NCBI GenBank assembly: GCA_045837725.1
Contig: JBEWZL010000215.1
Location: 124,001 to 188,000, forward strand
Direction of reading: 5' to 3'
DNA length: 64,000 nucleotides
Source of the DNA: Vermamoeba vermiformis
Lineage: Eukaryota
Shown: positions 1 through 11,448 of the stretch, piece after piece
How positions within the stretch are numbered: position 1 is the stretch's first letter
How the letters are laid out: each line of letters opens with the position of its first letter
Program-made: the position numbers and the translations under genes
Notes under the pieces: model-generated
Seen by the model: the letters and a program-made list of their open reading frames with translations, nothing else
Told to the model about the DNA's origin: nothing
The model's database searches: none

Positions 1-1017
1 AGGATGATGATGAGGAGGTGCGACGCAGCGAGATCAATGCACTTCTCGCGACTACACCGAGACTCAAGCAGATCGCTGAACTGTTTCGCAGTGGCAAATC
101 TGTTCCGCGTCAAAGTACGTCAAATAGACAGAAAATAATTTGATTAATAGGGAAATATTATATTTAGGCAAGGAGCACTTGTTGCAACGTCCAACATTTT
201 GCTTAGTGCCAGATCTGAAAGTGTGACAGCTAATTCATGTAAATTAACTGACTGGCCAGCGATATTAATACGACGCTATAATTAGGCACAACCGTGGTGG
301 GAGCCATCCGAATTTCCACTCGTTCAAGCCTTAGAGCGCGAATACAGTGCTATTCGCAGTGAAATACTGCACGTGCTGGGCGTGTCAGATGTGACCTTGC
401 AGCCCCTTGAGAGCGCACCCTCCGACATTACCAACACCACCAATACACACCCCCTCACCGCGCTGCCAGTCAGAACACCGCTGCACGAGATTCGTGCCTC
501 AGTCGCGCGTGGTGAGTGGCGTGCCCTGTATCTGTGGCGCGAGGGTCAAGCAGTGCCCGCCCATCAAGCGCTGTGTCCGCACACCTGCGCGCTGATTGGT
601 CAGTTCATCGAGCACGAGTCAGCCTTGCCCGCGCAGTCCGTGGTGATGCAGGGCACTGGTCTCGGCTATGTATACGTGTCGCTGCTGCAGCCCGGCACGG
701 TGATTCAGCCGCACTGTGGGCCCACCAATCTGCGTCTCAGAGTGCACTTGGGACTCAGCTGCGATCAGGGGTAAGTGCCTTGGTGTGCGTGCGTGGTGCA
801 CTGACTGAGCGCGTGCAGGGCCCAGCTGACGGTGAATGGCACGACACGACACTGGCGCGCAGGTGAGTGCTTGGTGTTCGACGACAGCTTTGAACACGCC
901 GTGCACATTGGTGCTGCACCGCGCCTGGTGCTGATTGTGGATGTGTTTCACCCGCACCTCACGCACCAGGAGCGACAGTTGATTCGTGCCCTGCTGCCTG
1001 ATGTGGGAGGTGATTGA
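1..1017 (+). CDS. Aspartyl/asparaginyl beta-hydroxylase-family 2OG-Fe(II) dioxygenase (5' end outside the window, spliced)
   Basis: Motifs PGTVIQPHCGPTNLRLRVHLGL and FDDSFEHAV..PRLVLIVDVFHP; GT-AG introns join the exons. Confidence 0.85.
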
Positions 1018-1149
1018 GTGCAGTAATAGATGCCTTAGTGTAGCGTCGCGATAACAAGTCGAATAAAGTTAACTATTAACTAATCAGTTGTGTGATCTGA
1101 TCGTGACATGTACGCATCAACACCGTGTATAATTACAATTGCATAGACA

Positions 1150-2678
1150 ATGACGAGTAGAGGACAGAAGTGGTACTTTACTAAAGAGGAGTTGTCAACT
1201 CCTGTGAAACCAGGAGGAACAGATGTGCAACAAGCAAACAAAATCCGTCGCAGCACCTGTGTATTTATTCAAAAATCAGGAATGGCACTTAGACTGTACG
1301 TGTATTAATGCAGCAACGCGATAATATTATTTGACAGCTTCAATTTCCAGAATAATTACTCTAATTTAATTCTTCAAATTTTACTTTCACTCTCTTATTG
1401 TAATTGAACTGCTACAACATGCGTTGTGCGTATTTAAAATAATAATATTTCATATCGCTCATATGTACCCTGACAGGCCACAATTAACCATAGCTACTGC
1501 GATCGTGTATTTTCATCGCTTCTTTGCGCGCAAAGATTTCCAAGACTTTGACCGCTATGTAAGTACTCGTTACTCGCGTATTATATGCCTATATTCTCGT
1601 CTTCCGCGACTGATGATGGGCGCGTCAGATCATCGCCACGGCGTGTCTGTTCTTGGGTGGCAAGGTGGAAGAGACGCACAAGAAGCTGCGCGATGTGATC
1701 GTGGAGACCTACAAGCTGCGCCACAAGAAGGAGATAGTGATGGACAGCAAGGAGTACTTGGACCTGCGCGAGGAGATACTGGTGGCAGAGCGCCAAGTGC
1801 TGCAAGCGATCGCGTTCGATCTGACGGTGGAGCACCCGTACAAGTACCTGCTCAACTACGTCAAGGTGATTGAAGGCAATCGCAATCTCGCGCAGGTGGC
1901 GTGGAACTTTGTGAATGATTCGCTGCGCACGACGCTGTGTCTGCAGTTCAGACCGCAGCTCATTGCCTCAGCAGCTATCTACCTCGCGAGCAAGTTCCTC
2001 AAGATACAGCTCACCAAGCCTGGGGAGAAGCCGTGGTGGGAGGTGTTCGATGCGAAGATTGAGGACTTGGAGGAGATCAGCAATCAGATACTGGATCTGT
2101 ACGACAAGAATCAGGTGCTGGATCAGATCAAAGAGGGCGATGCACTGCCGCACAGCGAGGACGAGGAGCTCAAGTCTGGCATGATGCCCTGGTCTCCGCG
2201 CGGTACGTGGTGATGATTGATGGATATTGATGTGTATTATTGTCGACACTGACTCATTTGACACCTGTCAGATGCCGATCCCCCCTCGAGTGCCAGCGAC
2301 AAAGAGACAGCTGTCAAAGTGCCACTGCCTGTCACAGACCACGCCGCGCCACCACCCCCGCCCCCGCCCTCTTCGCCCCCGCCCCCTCCGCCTCCCGAGC
2401 CCGCACTGCCGCCACCCCCCGAACCCCCCAAAGATCACGTGCGCTACGACTCGCACCACAGTCACCGCGAGTCACGTGATCACCATCGCGATCGATCGCC
2501 CGATCATCATCGAGAGCACAGTCACCGCCACCGCGACAGCGAATCACGTGATCACCACCATCACTCGCATCGAGATCGATCGCCAGATCACCACTCAGAG
2601 CGGAGAAATTCGCGCGAGTACCGCAGTTATTCCGACTCGTCACGTGATAGGGACCGTGACCGAGACCGCAAGAAATAA
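1150..2678 (+). CDS. Cyclin K/T family transcriptional cyclin with Pro-rich and Arg/Asp/His/Ser-rich C-terminal tail
   Basis: Spliced translation WYFTKEEL...PQLTIATAIVYFHRFF...ACLFLGGKVEETHKKLRDVI...FDLTVEHPYKYL...AWNFVNDS. Confidence 0.88.
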
Positions 2679-2915
2679 ATGCAATCATTGTACATAGCCA
2701 CTGCTACGTAGTATATACCAGTACATTTCTAAATTAGGCAATCACGTGCTTCAGCCAGGCAGTCTTTGCCGCTGTGAAATTCGTGCAAAATTAATGTGAA
2801 AAGTGCACGGAGAAGAGCACAGCTTGAATTTGATAAGACTGATTCGCACGAACACAAAGAACAAGAGGAGCACCATAATTAACACCGCCCTATTGACAGT
2901 GGTACACTATTATCA

Positions 2916-5859
2916 ATGCACAAGATTGTGATCAAAGCTCGCGCCAAAAGGTGAGTCACATCTGCAACCAGCGCAGCTACTAATCCCTGCGCATTAACAG
3001 CGACAAGTCGAGCACCTATTTGAATAAAATATACGACAATGTATCGTATTTGACCACATGGCTGGGAGGCAAACCAGCTACTTCACCAAACAGTCAGGAT
3101 GTGGAAGAAGAGCGCGATATAATTAATATAGCTAAATTTGTTAAATTAGAGATTGGCCCTGAGAGGTAATAACGATGTTACATCATCAATTATTATAATT
3201 ATTCGTCAATAATGAAAAATAATTAAAAAATAATTATTTCTTGTCTTTATCTCTACTAAACACGAATACTAGGAAATTGTGTCTATTCGTGGGCTATAAT
3301 AACGGATTTCAAGCCTATGACCTCTCATTTGTTGAAGACTTGCATTCTCAAACCACAAACATTCCCGAGATTTGCTCCGTGCGCTGCGGCAAGGTCAAAG
3401 TCATTTGCGTAAGTATCCCCTATATGAATAGCATATTATGCACGGCTAAGACTTGAATATCGCGCAGCCTTTGCCAAATCCAACCGAGCCAGACGAAGAG
3501 TCAGATCCGTTCTACAACAAACGACCAGTGGTCGCGCTATTGTACGTAGTTAACACACGGCATAAATACATATGCACCTCCCTCACCCTCGCACCAGGTC
3601 CGGCGAAGAGAGCAATCAGCAGCGCATCCAGTTCTACTCGCTAGCCACCAATGCACTGCTGCCGCTGAGTGTCGAGTTCGATGCTGCGCTGCTCGATCTC
3701 AAGGCCAATCGACACGTCATAGTAGCTACCTCTGCCACGCGGCTCTGGGTGCTGAATGCCAAGCAACCTGATCGCGTCAGACCCCCCTCGGAGCTCTACG
3801 CCGCACCAGATCTGCCACTCGCGCACGGAGTGTGTGCACTGGGACCGCGCTGGCTGGCCTATCCCACCCCTCACGCCCCGCACGCCGTCACGCCGAACGA
3901 CGATCTGGGCACGCCCCCTGGTCCGAGTGAGAGCACTCCGAGCAGTGCGCCACAGAGCGGCATCAAATCGACGTCAGATCTGCTCGCGGTGGCACGTGAT
4001 TCGATGCGCGGTGCGGCGAAGAATGTCATGTACTTGTCCTCAAAGACGATGGATGTGCTGAATCAGAGCCTCATCAACACGGAGCCCACGGAGCCAGGTC
4101 TCGCTGTCAGCACGGCGCACAGTGCCACTGCGCAGATGAGTGCCACCGCTGTGCCCGGTGTGATACGCGTGGTGGACATCATCTCCTTCGAGACCATCGC
4201 GCACTTCAAGGCACACACGCGACCAGTGGCCACACTCAGCTTCGATCCCACGGGCACGCTGCTCACGAGTGCCAGTCACACGGGCCAAGATCTCAAAGTG
4301 CACCTCATCACGCCACACACCTCGCCGCTGCACGCACACAAGCTGCTCTATTTGCTCGAGCGCGGTGTCACTGCTGCCGCGCTGCGTGATGTGGTTGTGT
4401 CGCACGATGCGCGCTTGATTGCAGCCACGAGCAGTCCCCGTGCCACCACGCACTTGTGGCCCATCACACCGACAGGGCAAGAGATCAGCGCTGATTCACA
4501 CCTCGATGCACGCCGCGCACGACCCCTCAATCCACTGCTGGCACAGAGCGTGCAGAACTTGCCGCACCGTCCTGATCGACTCTGCAAGCTCCCTGCTGCT
4601 GTCGCGAGTGATGACGTGAGTACTTGACACGTGTCAACACAATTCAGTGAAAATACTAACCAGTCGCAGCCACAATTCGCAGGCACAGTGTACTTTGCCA
4701 CGCGTCGCACCGAGGACTACTACGTGTACACCGTGGTCAAGAACGGACTGCTCTCACGATATCGCGTGCACTTGTTGCCGCACGAGCTCAATCAGACCAA
4801 GCTCGATTGTCAAGTCACGCCTGAGCTCGAGTGGGACTTGCAGCGACGCACGACGTGGAGCGAGCGTGCCTTCAAGAGCACACATCGCGAGGAGCCCGTG
4901 AAGCGTGGCGAACAACAGCTGATTGACGAGTGGCGCGCGAACATTGACGTGGAGACGTATCGCAGTCAGCAGCAGCACACACAGCTCGGTCAGAAGTTCA
5001 CGACCATGGCACAGTGGATTGGTCCGCAGTTCAGATTGGTGCCCTACACTGCCCTACCCGATGTCAAACTGCCACGCGATCCAGTGACGCAAGATCAGTT
5101 CTACCAAGCACTGCAGTCACGTGCGCTGCCCCCACCAGCAGCACTGCCTCCAGGACCCGAGGACGCAGCACTGCAGCACCGCATGAATGAACTGCTCGTG
5201 TCTGAACTCGATCTCGTTCCGCCAGGCCACAATGTGCACGCCAATGTCAAAGTGCCACAGCAAGGTGACAAGTTTGATCAATTCTTCCGCACCGCGAACA
5301 AGAGCAGCAATCTGATTCAAGACGAGAACGAGGCGTACAAGAACGATCATCCGATTGTGGACGGTAAGTGACAGCAGTTGTCGGTGCGGGTCAGTGATTG
5401 ACAGGTGTCACAGATGTCAAGCAGCGCAAGAAGAGTCTGGTCAAGTCCGACAAGAAAGACGAGCTGAAGGAGAGTGTTGAGCCTCTGATGCCGATCCCCG
5501 AGGACAAGAAGCACAACAACAACAACAACAACATGATGAACAGCAGTGTGCTCAACAATGTGCTGCCAGCACCTGTGCACAACAAGCGCGAGGACAAGAA
5601 GCGCGAGAATGTGGAGGTGAAAGAGGCCCTGCAGCGCGACGAGCCCCTCATTGACTTCGCACCCGTGCCGCAGCCTCTGCCCGCCCCACCACAGCCCTTG
5701 CCCGAGCAGCCACAGCCCAACAACAGTGCCAACAACAACTTGCCCGCGCCGAGCAACAGATCGAAGCGCAAGAAGAGCAAGAGCAAGTCCCCCGAGAATG
5801 CACCGCGCAACGACATCACGCAGTCTGTGCTCATGAAGGACGCATTCGACACCTTGTAA
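2916..5859 (+). CDS. BCAS3: BCAS3/ATG18-like WD40 beta-propeller protein
   Basis: GVCALGPRWLAYP, IAHFKAHTRPVATLSFDPTGTLLTSASHTG, LYLLERGVTAA, THLW and WRANIDVETY..WIGPQF motifs; several GT-AG introns. Confidence 0.8.
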
Positions 5860-5956
5860 ATAGCGACGATATCACTTGTCTTATATAGCATTAGGCACCC
5901 ATGTATAAAATCAACCCATCTATTTGTACAGTCATATTTACAAGTGTCCTAGTCTC

Positions 5957-8117
5957 TCAGTCGCGCAACAGACGCACCATCTCATCGACGTGCTCCTTCT
6001 TGTAGTTGTTCACGGTCGGTATCAGCCACTGCGCATTCCACGCACGCACACAGGCACGCAGCTCGTCGAAGGAGGAGTGCTCGCTGCGAGAGAGTTAGTC
6101 GAGTGCTCGTGCATGAGTGCTGCTCACCTGTAAGGCACACCGTACACCGCGACTGAGCGCGACTTGTTCTGACTCGGCACGGGCACGGCACTGGTGGCCC
6201 CTCCTTTGTAACTCCAGCCTGTGGGACGGAAGGCAACTACGCGACGATAACGCCGATTTTGCTGCAAGAGCGCTTCGAGCTCTGTGTTGACACGTGTCAG
6301 GTGAGTGAATGACATGTGACAGCACTTACTTTGAATGTTGAGTGACCACAGTGGCACAATGTGCACATTAGCTTCGTCCTGATTGCACGTGAAGAGTTGG
6401 AGCAGTCGTGCTTCGAGTTCCAAACACTTCAAGATCTGCATCCTAGGACCAACTGTGAGTGCGGGACATAATAAATACGAAAGGAGCCGTACTTGGACTT
6501 GTTGACAAATATCTTGCACTCGAATATGCTCGCCAAGGAGAGGAAGAACTTCTCTTTGCCAATAGTGTAGGTGCCAATCAGCACCAGGGTCTGCGGGTCA
6601 TGCACTGCGGCAGAGAAGATGTCGATCACGTGACTGATCACTGTGGATTGTGGCGGGAATGCGTATTTGGGGTTGCAATACGTTGTGTCCAAATAGAGAT
6701 TGTTGATTTTGAATTCGCCCAATACCTGTGCTCCATTAGTACCATGCACATCAATAATACAGACACCTACGCGATGATCTTCTAGCTCGGAATTATATCG
6801 GAAATCTCCGGAGTGCAGATGATAGGTGCCGTCAGCGAGTTTGAACAACATCAATACGGCCCCAGGGCAGTGATTGGCATCGAACAGCTGCACTGTGACA
6901 TTGGGCAGATTGGGCACTGCTGTCTCGACACGCATTGGCAGCACGTGGATGTACATGGCCTTGACGCGCAGTCGTGTCAGTAGCAGATTGGCAGTGATCT
7001 GAGAGCAGTCTGTGACAGGTGTCAAAGAGTGCATGCACGAATAGTGACTTACAAATCGGACCGCGATTGAAATTAGGCCCCAAGCCCTTGTAGTGATCAG
7101 CCTACACGTGTTAGCGAGTGATTGCCTAATTAGGAAATACATACATGAAAGTGTGACAAGAAGTAGATCGGATTAGCTGGTTCAGTGTACTGGCACGTGA
7201 ATCCATCCACTGAATGAAATGTGAGCACGTGATTGAATGCGGAACAACTATGTTACCAATTATGGGAGTGTGTGGCACGCGCTTGTAAAAAGGACAAATC
7301 TGGCGCTGAGGCTTGGTGGGACTGGTCGCATTGGCTAGAGGGCTATTTTTAGCAGCGGCGTTGACCACTGCAGTGTCAGAACGTGTCAAAGTCTGTGTTG
7401 CGGCACTGACACGTGTCAAAGTGTGGCCAGGAGAGTTCGGTGCGCTGTCAGTTTTGAACCACGACGTGATCTTGGACTGCACAGCGCGCACCATGCTGAG
7501 GGGCTGCGAGACACTCTTTGACAGCTGCGGACGCGGTGCTGAACTGACATCACGTGGTGCGACACGTGCAGTGACAGGCGTGCTCGGGGCAGTGGCAGGT
7601 GTCACATTGGTGTTGTTCTCTGATTGGTCCGTGTCCTCCACTGCCGGCTCGCTCTCCACGGCAAGTTCGTCGTCCCACACACCTGATTGGTCCAAACACG
7701 CAATCACGTGCTGTTCTCGCTCCTGCAAGGGGGAGTTAGTGAGCATGTGGACCTTTCTTAGAATTTCTCGCCTTGATTCGCTATTTAACTTTATCTTTGG
7801 TACCAGTCTCGTCGAATAGGACGAATTGATAACAAATATTAGATTAATATCATATTTACCTGCACTGATAAATGGTACAGCGGCCGATCGCACACCAAGC
7901 AAATTGAAAACAATTGTGACTGCGTAGATTGCGTGCTCGTATTATTCGCAGTGTTATTTGCAGGCACTGGCTCTATTTTGGGCTCTTTAGACGTGCTTAG
8001 CTCGCTCTTGATCTGCCGCTTCAGCTCGGGCTTCGGTTTCTTTGGCGGTTGAAAGTCATCCAAATCGTCATCGATGTCAATCACCTCAATAGCCTTCCTC
8101 TTCACTCCTACACTCAT
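5957..8117 (-). CDS. DCLRE1A: DNA interstrand cross-link repair exonuclease SNM1A/PSO2 (metallo-beta-lactamase, beta-CASP)
   Basis: Spliced motifs CPFYK, LSHFHADHY, DANHCPGA, HSGDFRY, LYLDTTYC, GTYTIGKE, FRPTGW, YGVPYSEHSSFDEL. Confidence 0.92.
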
Positions 8118-8281
8118 TGAGCTGCAAATAAATATCACTGGTCCTGTCACGCGATCCATTTTTTTCCCAGCAGACATTTGTCGGCCGCAGAAAAGTCAAC
8201 GGACTAGTCGCGAAACCGAGCAAATTAACCGAGAACAGTCGTCAGTATTGTCTCCATCAACCTATTCACAGACATATCACA

Positions 8282-8654
8282 ATGTATTACACTTCAGCGA
8301 TTATTGTATCAATTATTGTTTCATTTGTTATTGGAGTCATCGGCACCATCTTTGCTCCGGGCCCTGACAAGTCGTATGTGGAGCTGTAATCTATAAGACA
8401 ACCACATAATAATATTTGTATCGCATAGTCTCTCACGAGTATTTGTTTGGACTGCTGTATTTTGCCTGTGGTTCGTGTAAGTGGTTATTATAATTATTAT
8501 TTATTTCAAATAACCGCCATTGCTTAACTTACGAGCAATTCTATTCAAACTACATTTATAATGCTATAATTAATTAATGATATCCAGTTGGTTCATCGTT
8601 TACGCTTCGCAAGTCAACATCTTTTTAATCCCGATCAAGAAGCACTCCGAATAA
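8282..8654 (+). CDS. ATP6V0E: V-type proton ATPase subunit e (three small exons; absent from the ORF track)
   Basis: Splicing two GT-AG introns gives MYYTSAIIVSIIVSFVIGVIGTIFAPGPDKSLSRVFVWTAVFCLWFVWFIVYASQVNIFLIPIKKHSE*, with two hydrophobic segments and the C..W.....SQ.N....P pattern. Confidence 0.8.
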
Positions 8655-8751
8655 TCTCGCGATGCACACCTGTAGCTAAATAACACCACCTATTTATACT
8701 GCGCTTTTTTGTAATGTGAATAAACTTCCGATCGCACTTCAGATCAAACAC

Positions 8752-9160
8752 CTTCGAGGTCCAGCATGGGCTCAGTCTCGCCCTCCTCATCGCTCGAAGA
8801 CTCCAGCAGCTCCTCGTCCTCGGTCGTCACTCGCGCGCGCACAGCAGTGTGTGTCGTGTGCTCGCTCAGTGCGCGCAACAGCTTGTCTTGCCACGTCTGG
8901 TACTGCACGGCCAGATCTGTGCCGCTGTCTTGATCCAGCACCGCGACTGGCAGCACTGATGTCGCTGAGAGTGCGCGCAGGGCGTGGTCGAGATCACGTG
9001 CTGCCTTGCCAAATAAGGTGCTGCCATAAATAGAATTGCCGAGTCCCAGCACGGCACACTTGACACCAGCGAGGTGCGTCTTTGACACGCGGAAATCACG
9101 TGCTTCTTCACGCAACCAGCGCGCGAGGGGCTCAGCATTGGGCGGAGCACCACCGACAGC
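8752..9160 (-). pseudogene. TYW1: Isolated fragment of the TYW1 N-terminal flavodoxin domain
   Basis: WLREEARDFRVSKTHLAGVKCAVLGLGNSIY...acidic linker...EPMLDLE; no upstream start or splice acceptor and no downstream radical-SAM exons. Confidence 0.65.
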
Positions 9161-9361
9161 CGAGCAGCAGTGCCAATTAAAATATTTTATTTTACATACG
9201 AATGACTTCGAGGGAATAGATTGCCGCAACAAAAAAGGGTAGATAGGGGGGTATAATACAAGTATAATACAGAAACAGACAGTGCTGTCCGCGGCTAAAT
9301 TTGGTGCAGGGGGGTGATTGCCATATTTAGCCACAGGGAGGTGGTGCAGCAGGCCACGTGA

Positions 9362-11201
9362 TCAGTGATTGGTGTTGTTGGACCACTGATTGTAGCTCTG
9401 ATTGTGATAGCTGAATGCACTGCCGGGCTTGGCGTGCTGTTGATTCTGCTCCCAGTGCGTGCCCTGGTCGTGCTGCATGATGAAGTCACCTGCATCCGCG
9501 TCCTCTTGCATCAGCGGATCATCGAGCGGACTGAACGCACTGCCCTCATCGCCCATCTCATCGCCCGTGCTGTAGTTGTTCAGCTCGTATCCGCCACTCA
9601 GCGGCACTCGTGACTGCGCGTGTTGTTTGTGCCAGTCCTCCACGTGACTGTGCGGCACTGCAGTCTGCGCGTCGTACAAGACAGTGGCGTTCATCTTGTC
9701 CACAATCTGATGCGTGTCCACGGTCATCTCTTCTTTGATGAACGGCGCGTTGTGTGGCGCGTAGTGACTGTTCAAGTGCGGTGCAGTGCGATGTGGTGCG
9801 TGATTCAAATTGAGTTCGTTGGACACTATCTCGTGGTGCGCTGAATAGTAGCCACTGTGCGGACTGTTCACCTGCACGGCGGCACTGTTCGAGTACGACG
9901 CAGTGGTCTGACCGGGCAAGTGCACGTGAAAGGGCCCTTGTTGCTGCACGGGGTGCGAGTTCAACACGGGCTGCGAGGCCTGCGGAGGACTGCGCGGTGT
10001 TTGAAAGAAGAATCCGCCGCTCGGTGCATTGGGTGCCACGGGTGGGTGTGGCGAGGTCGGGGACTTGGCGCCCCAGTCCGCGTTGATGGTGATCTTGCCC
10101 GCACTGTTGTTCTGCAGCGAGTTGTGTGACATGCGATGCAACAGCGAGTCCCCGAATGGAATGTGCGAGTCTGAGTGCGAGCGTGCGCGCAACACGTGTG
10201 GCGTGGTGGGCGTGAGTGGTGCAGGCGAGGAGGGCGGGGAGGACGAAGAGGTGCGGCCAGTGCTGGGACTGTCGAGTGAGTCGCGCGCGGAGGTCACGGG
10301 ACTCGCATCGCGGCCTCGAATGTGCAGCGTGGGGATGAAGTCGCGCTCTCGCTTCACGGGACTGCCATCGCGCAGGGGACTCGAGTCACGTGACACAGAT
10401 TTCTTGTAAATCATCTCGGGGTGTTTGCTGCGATAGTGGTGTTTCAGCGCGCCCTCGCTACCATATGCCTTCGCGCAGCCTAGTTATAACACTGCATCAG
10501 CGCGGCTCTTGTAACGCGTACTAAATTTCTTATCGAAAATTCGTTGCGAGATTTTCCGGTCCGACTATTACGAAGGGTGTATTACCTGCAACGAGACAGC
10601 GAAACGTGCGACTAATTGTTGCTGCTTTGCGTCGAATCCGCTTCTTCTTGTTGAGTCTAAATTCTTTCTTGCTCTCCGCAAACTTGATGCATAAATCGTA
10701 GATAAAATGCTGAAACTCTTCGCATTCCTTGAATATTATTGTCATATTAAAAAACTGCTGGAGGAATACAAAGTGGATTAGATGCCCTTCAAAACTTACT
10801 CTGGCTGGTTTTTGAACCTGACGAGCTACCTCCTCCCAATTGAATTCGCCTTCATTAGGCGCTCTATAGTCAATAGTTTTGAACAGCTGATCGATTTGCT
10901 CTCGACTCCACAACTTCTCGTTCTAGAAAGGGCCAAGATTAGATTTCGGTCGCAGGCAAAAGCGCGTTATTGCAAAGCAAAAACCGAATAAAAAATTGGC
11001 GTAGATTAATAATATAGATAATATAAATAGGAAAGATAAACGCCACAATTTCGCTTTGGTAACGGTTATTCCATCCGAAAAACGTGTTGGAATTTCCAAC
11101 GCGGCAGATCGAGTGTGATTTACTAAATCAAAGCGCAGTTACGTAAATAAATAATTCTACGCATTAATACACAAAATGTTGCTCGTTAAACTGATTACCA
11201 T
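9362..11201 (-). CDS. Putative transcription factor with a SANT/Myb-like helix bundle, one C2H2 zinc finger and a long low-complexity C-terminus
   Basis: LWSREQIDQLF...FNWEEVARQV; FRCLVAG|CAKAYGSEGALKHHYRSKH across an intron; the first coding exon is only ATG (11201-11199). Confidence 0.7.
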
Positions 11202-11448
11202 TTGCACTAAAGTCCAAATCAGCCTCTTGAATCCTCTCGTATGGTTTTGGAACAGTAATGGGAACGACTAATGTGGAGGGCTGATCACAATATAAATATC
11301 GCCTGTGTTGTTGTAGTGATGGCTGTTAAAAGAGTGGGAAGTGGTTTTTTTCCCTGAAGAGCGCTTTTTCCTATTTAGGAATCGAGGATAGTTTCGGAGG
11401 TCAGGAGTGAACCGGCACGGATAGTAAAGCACGTTTATTACACGACAG

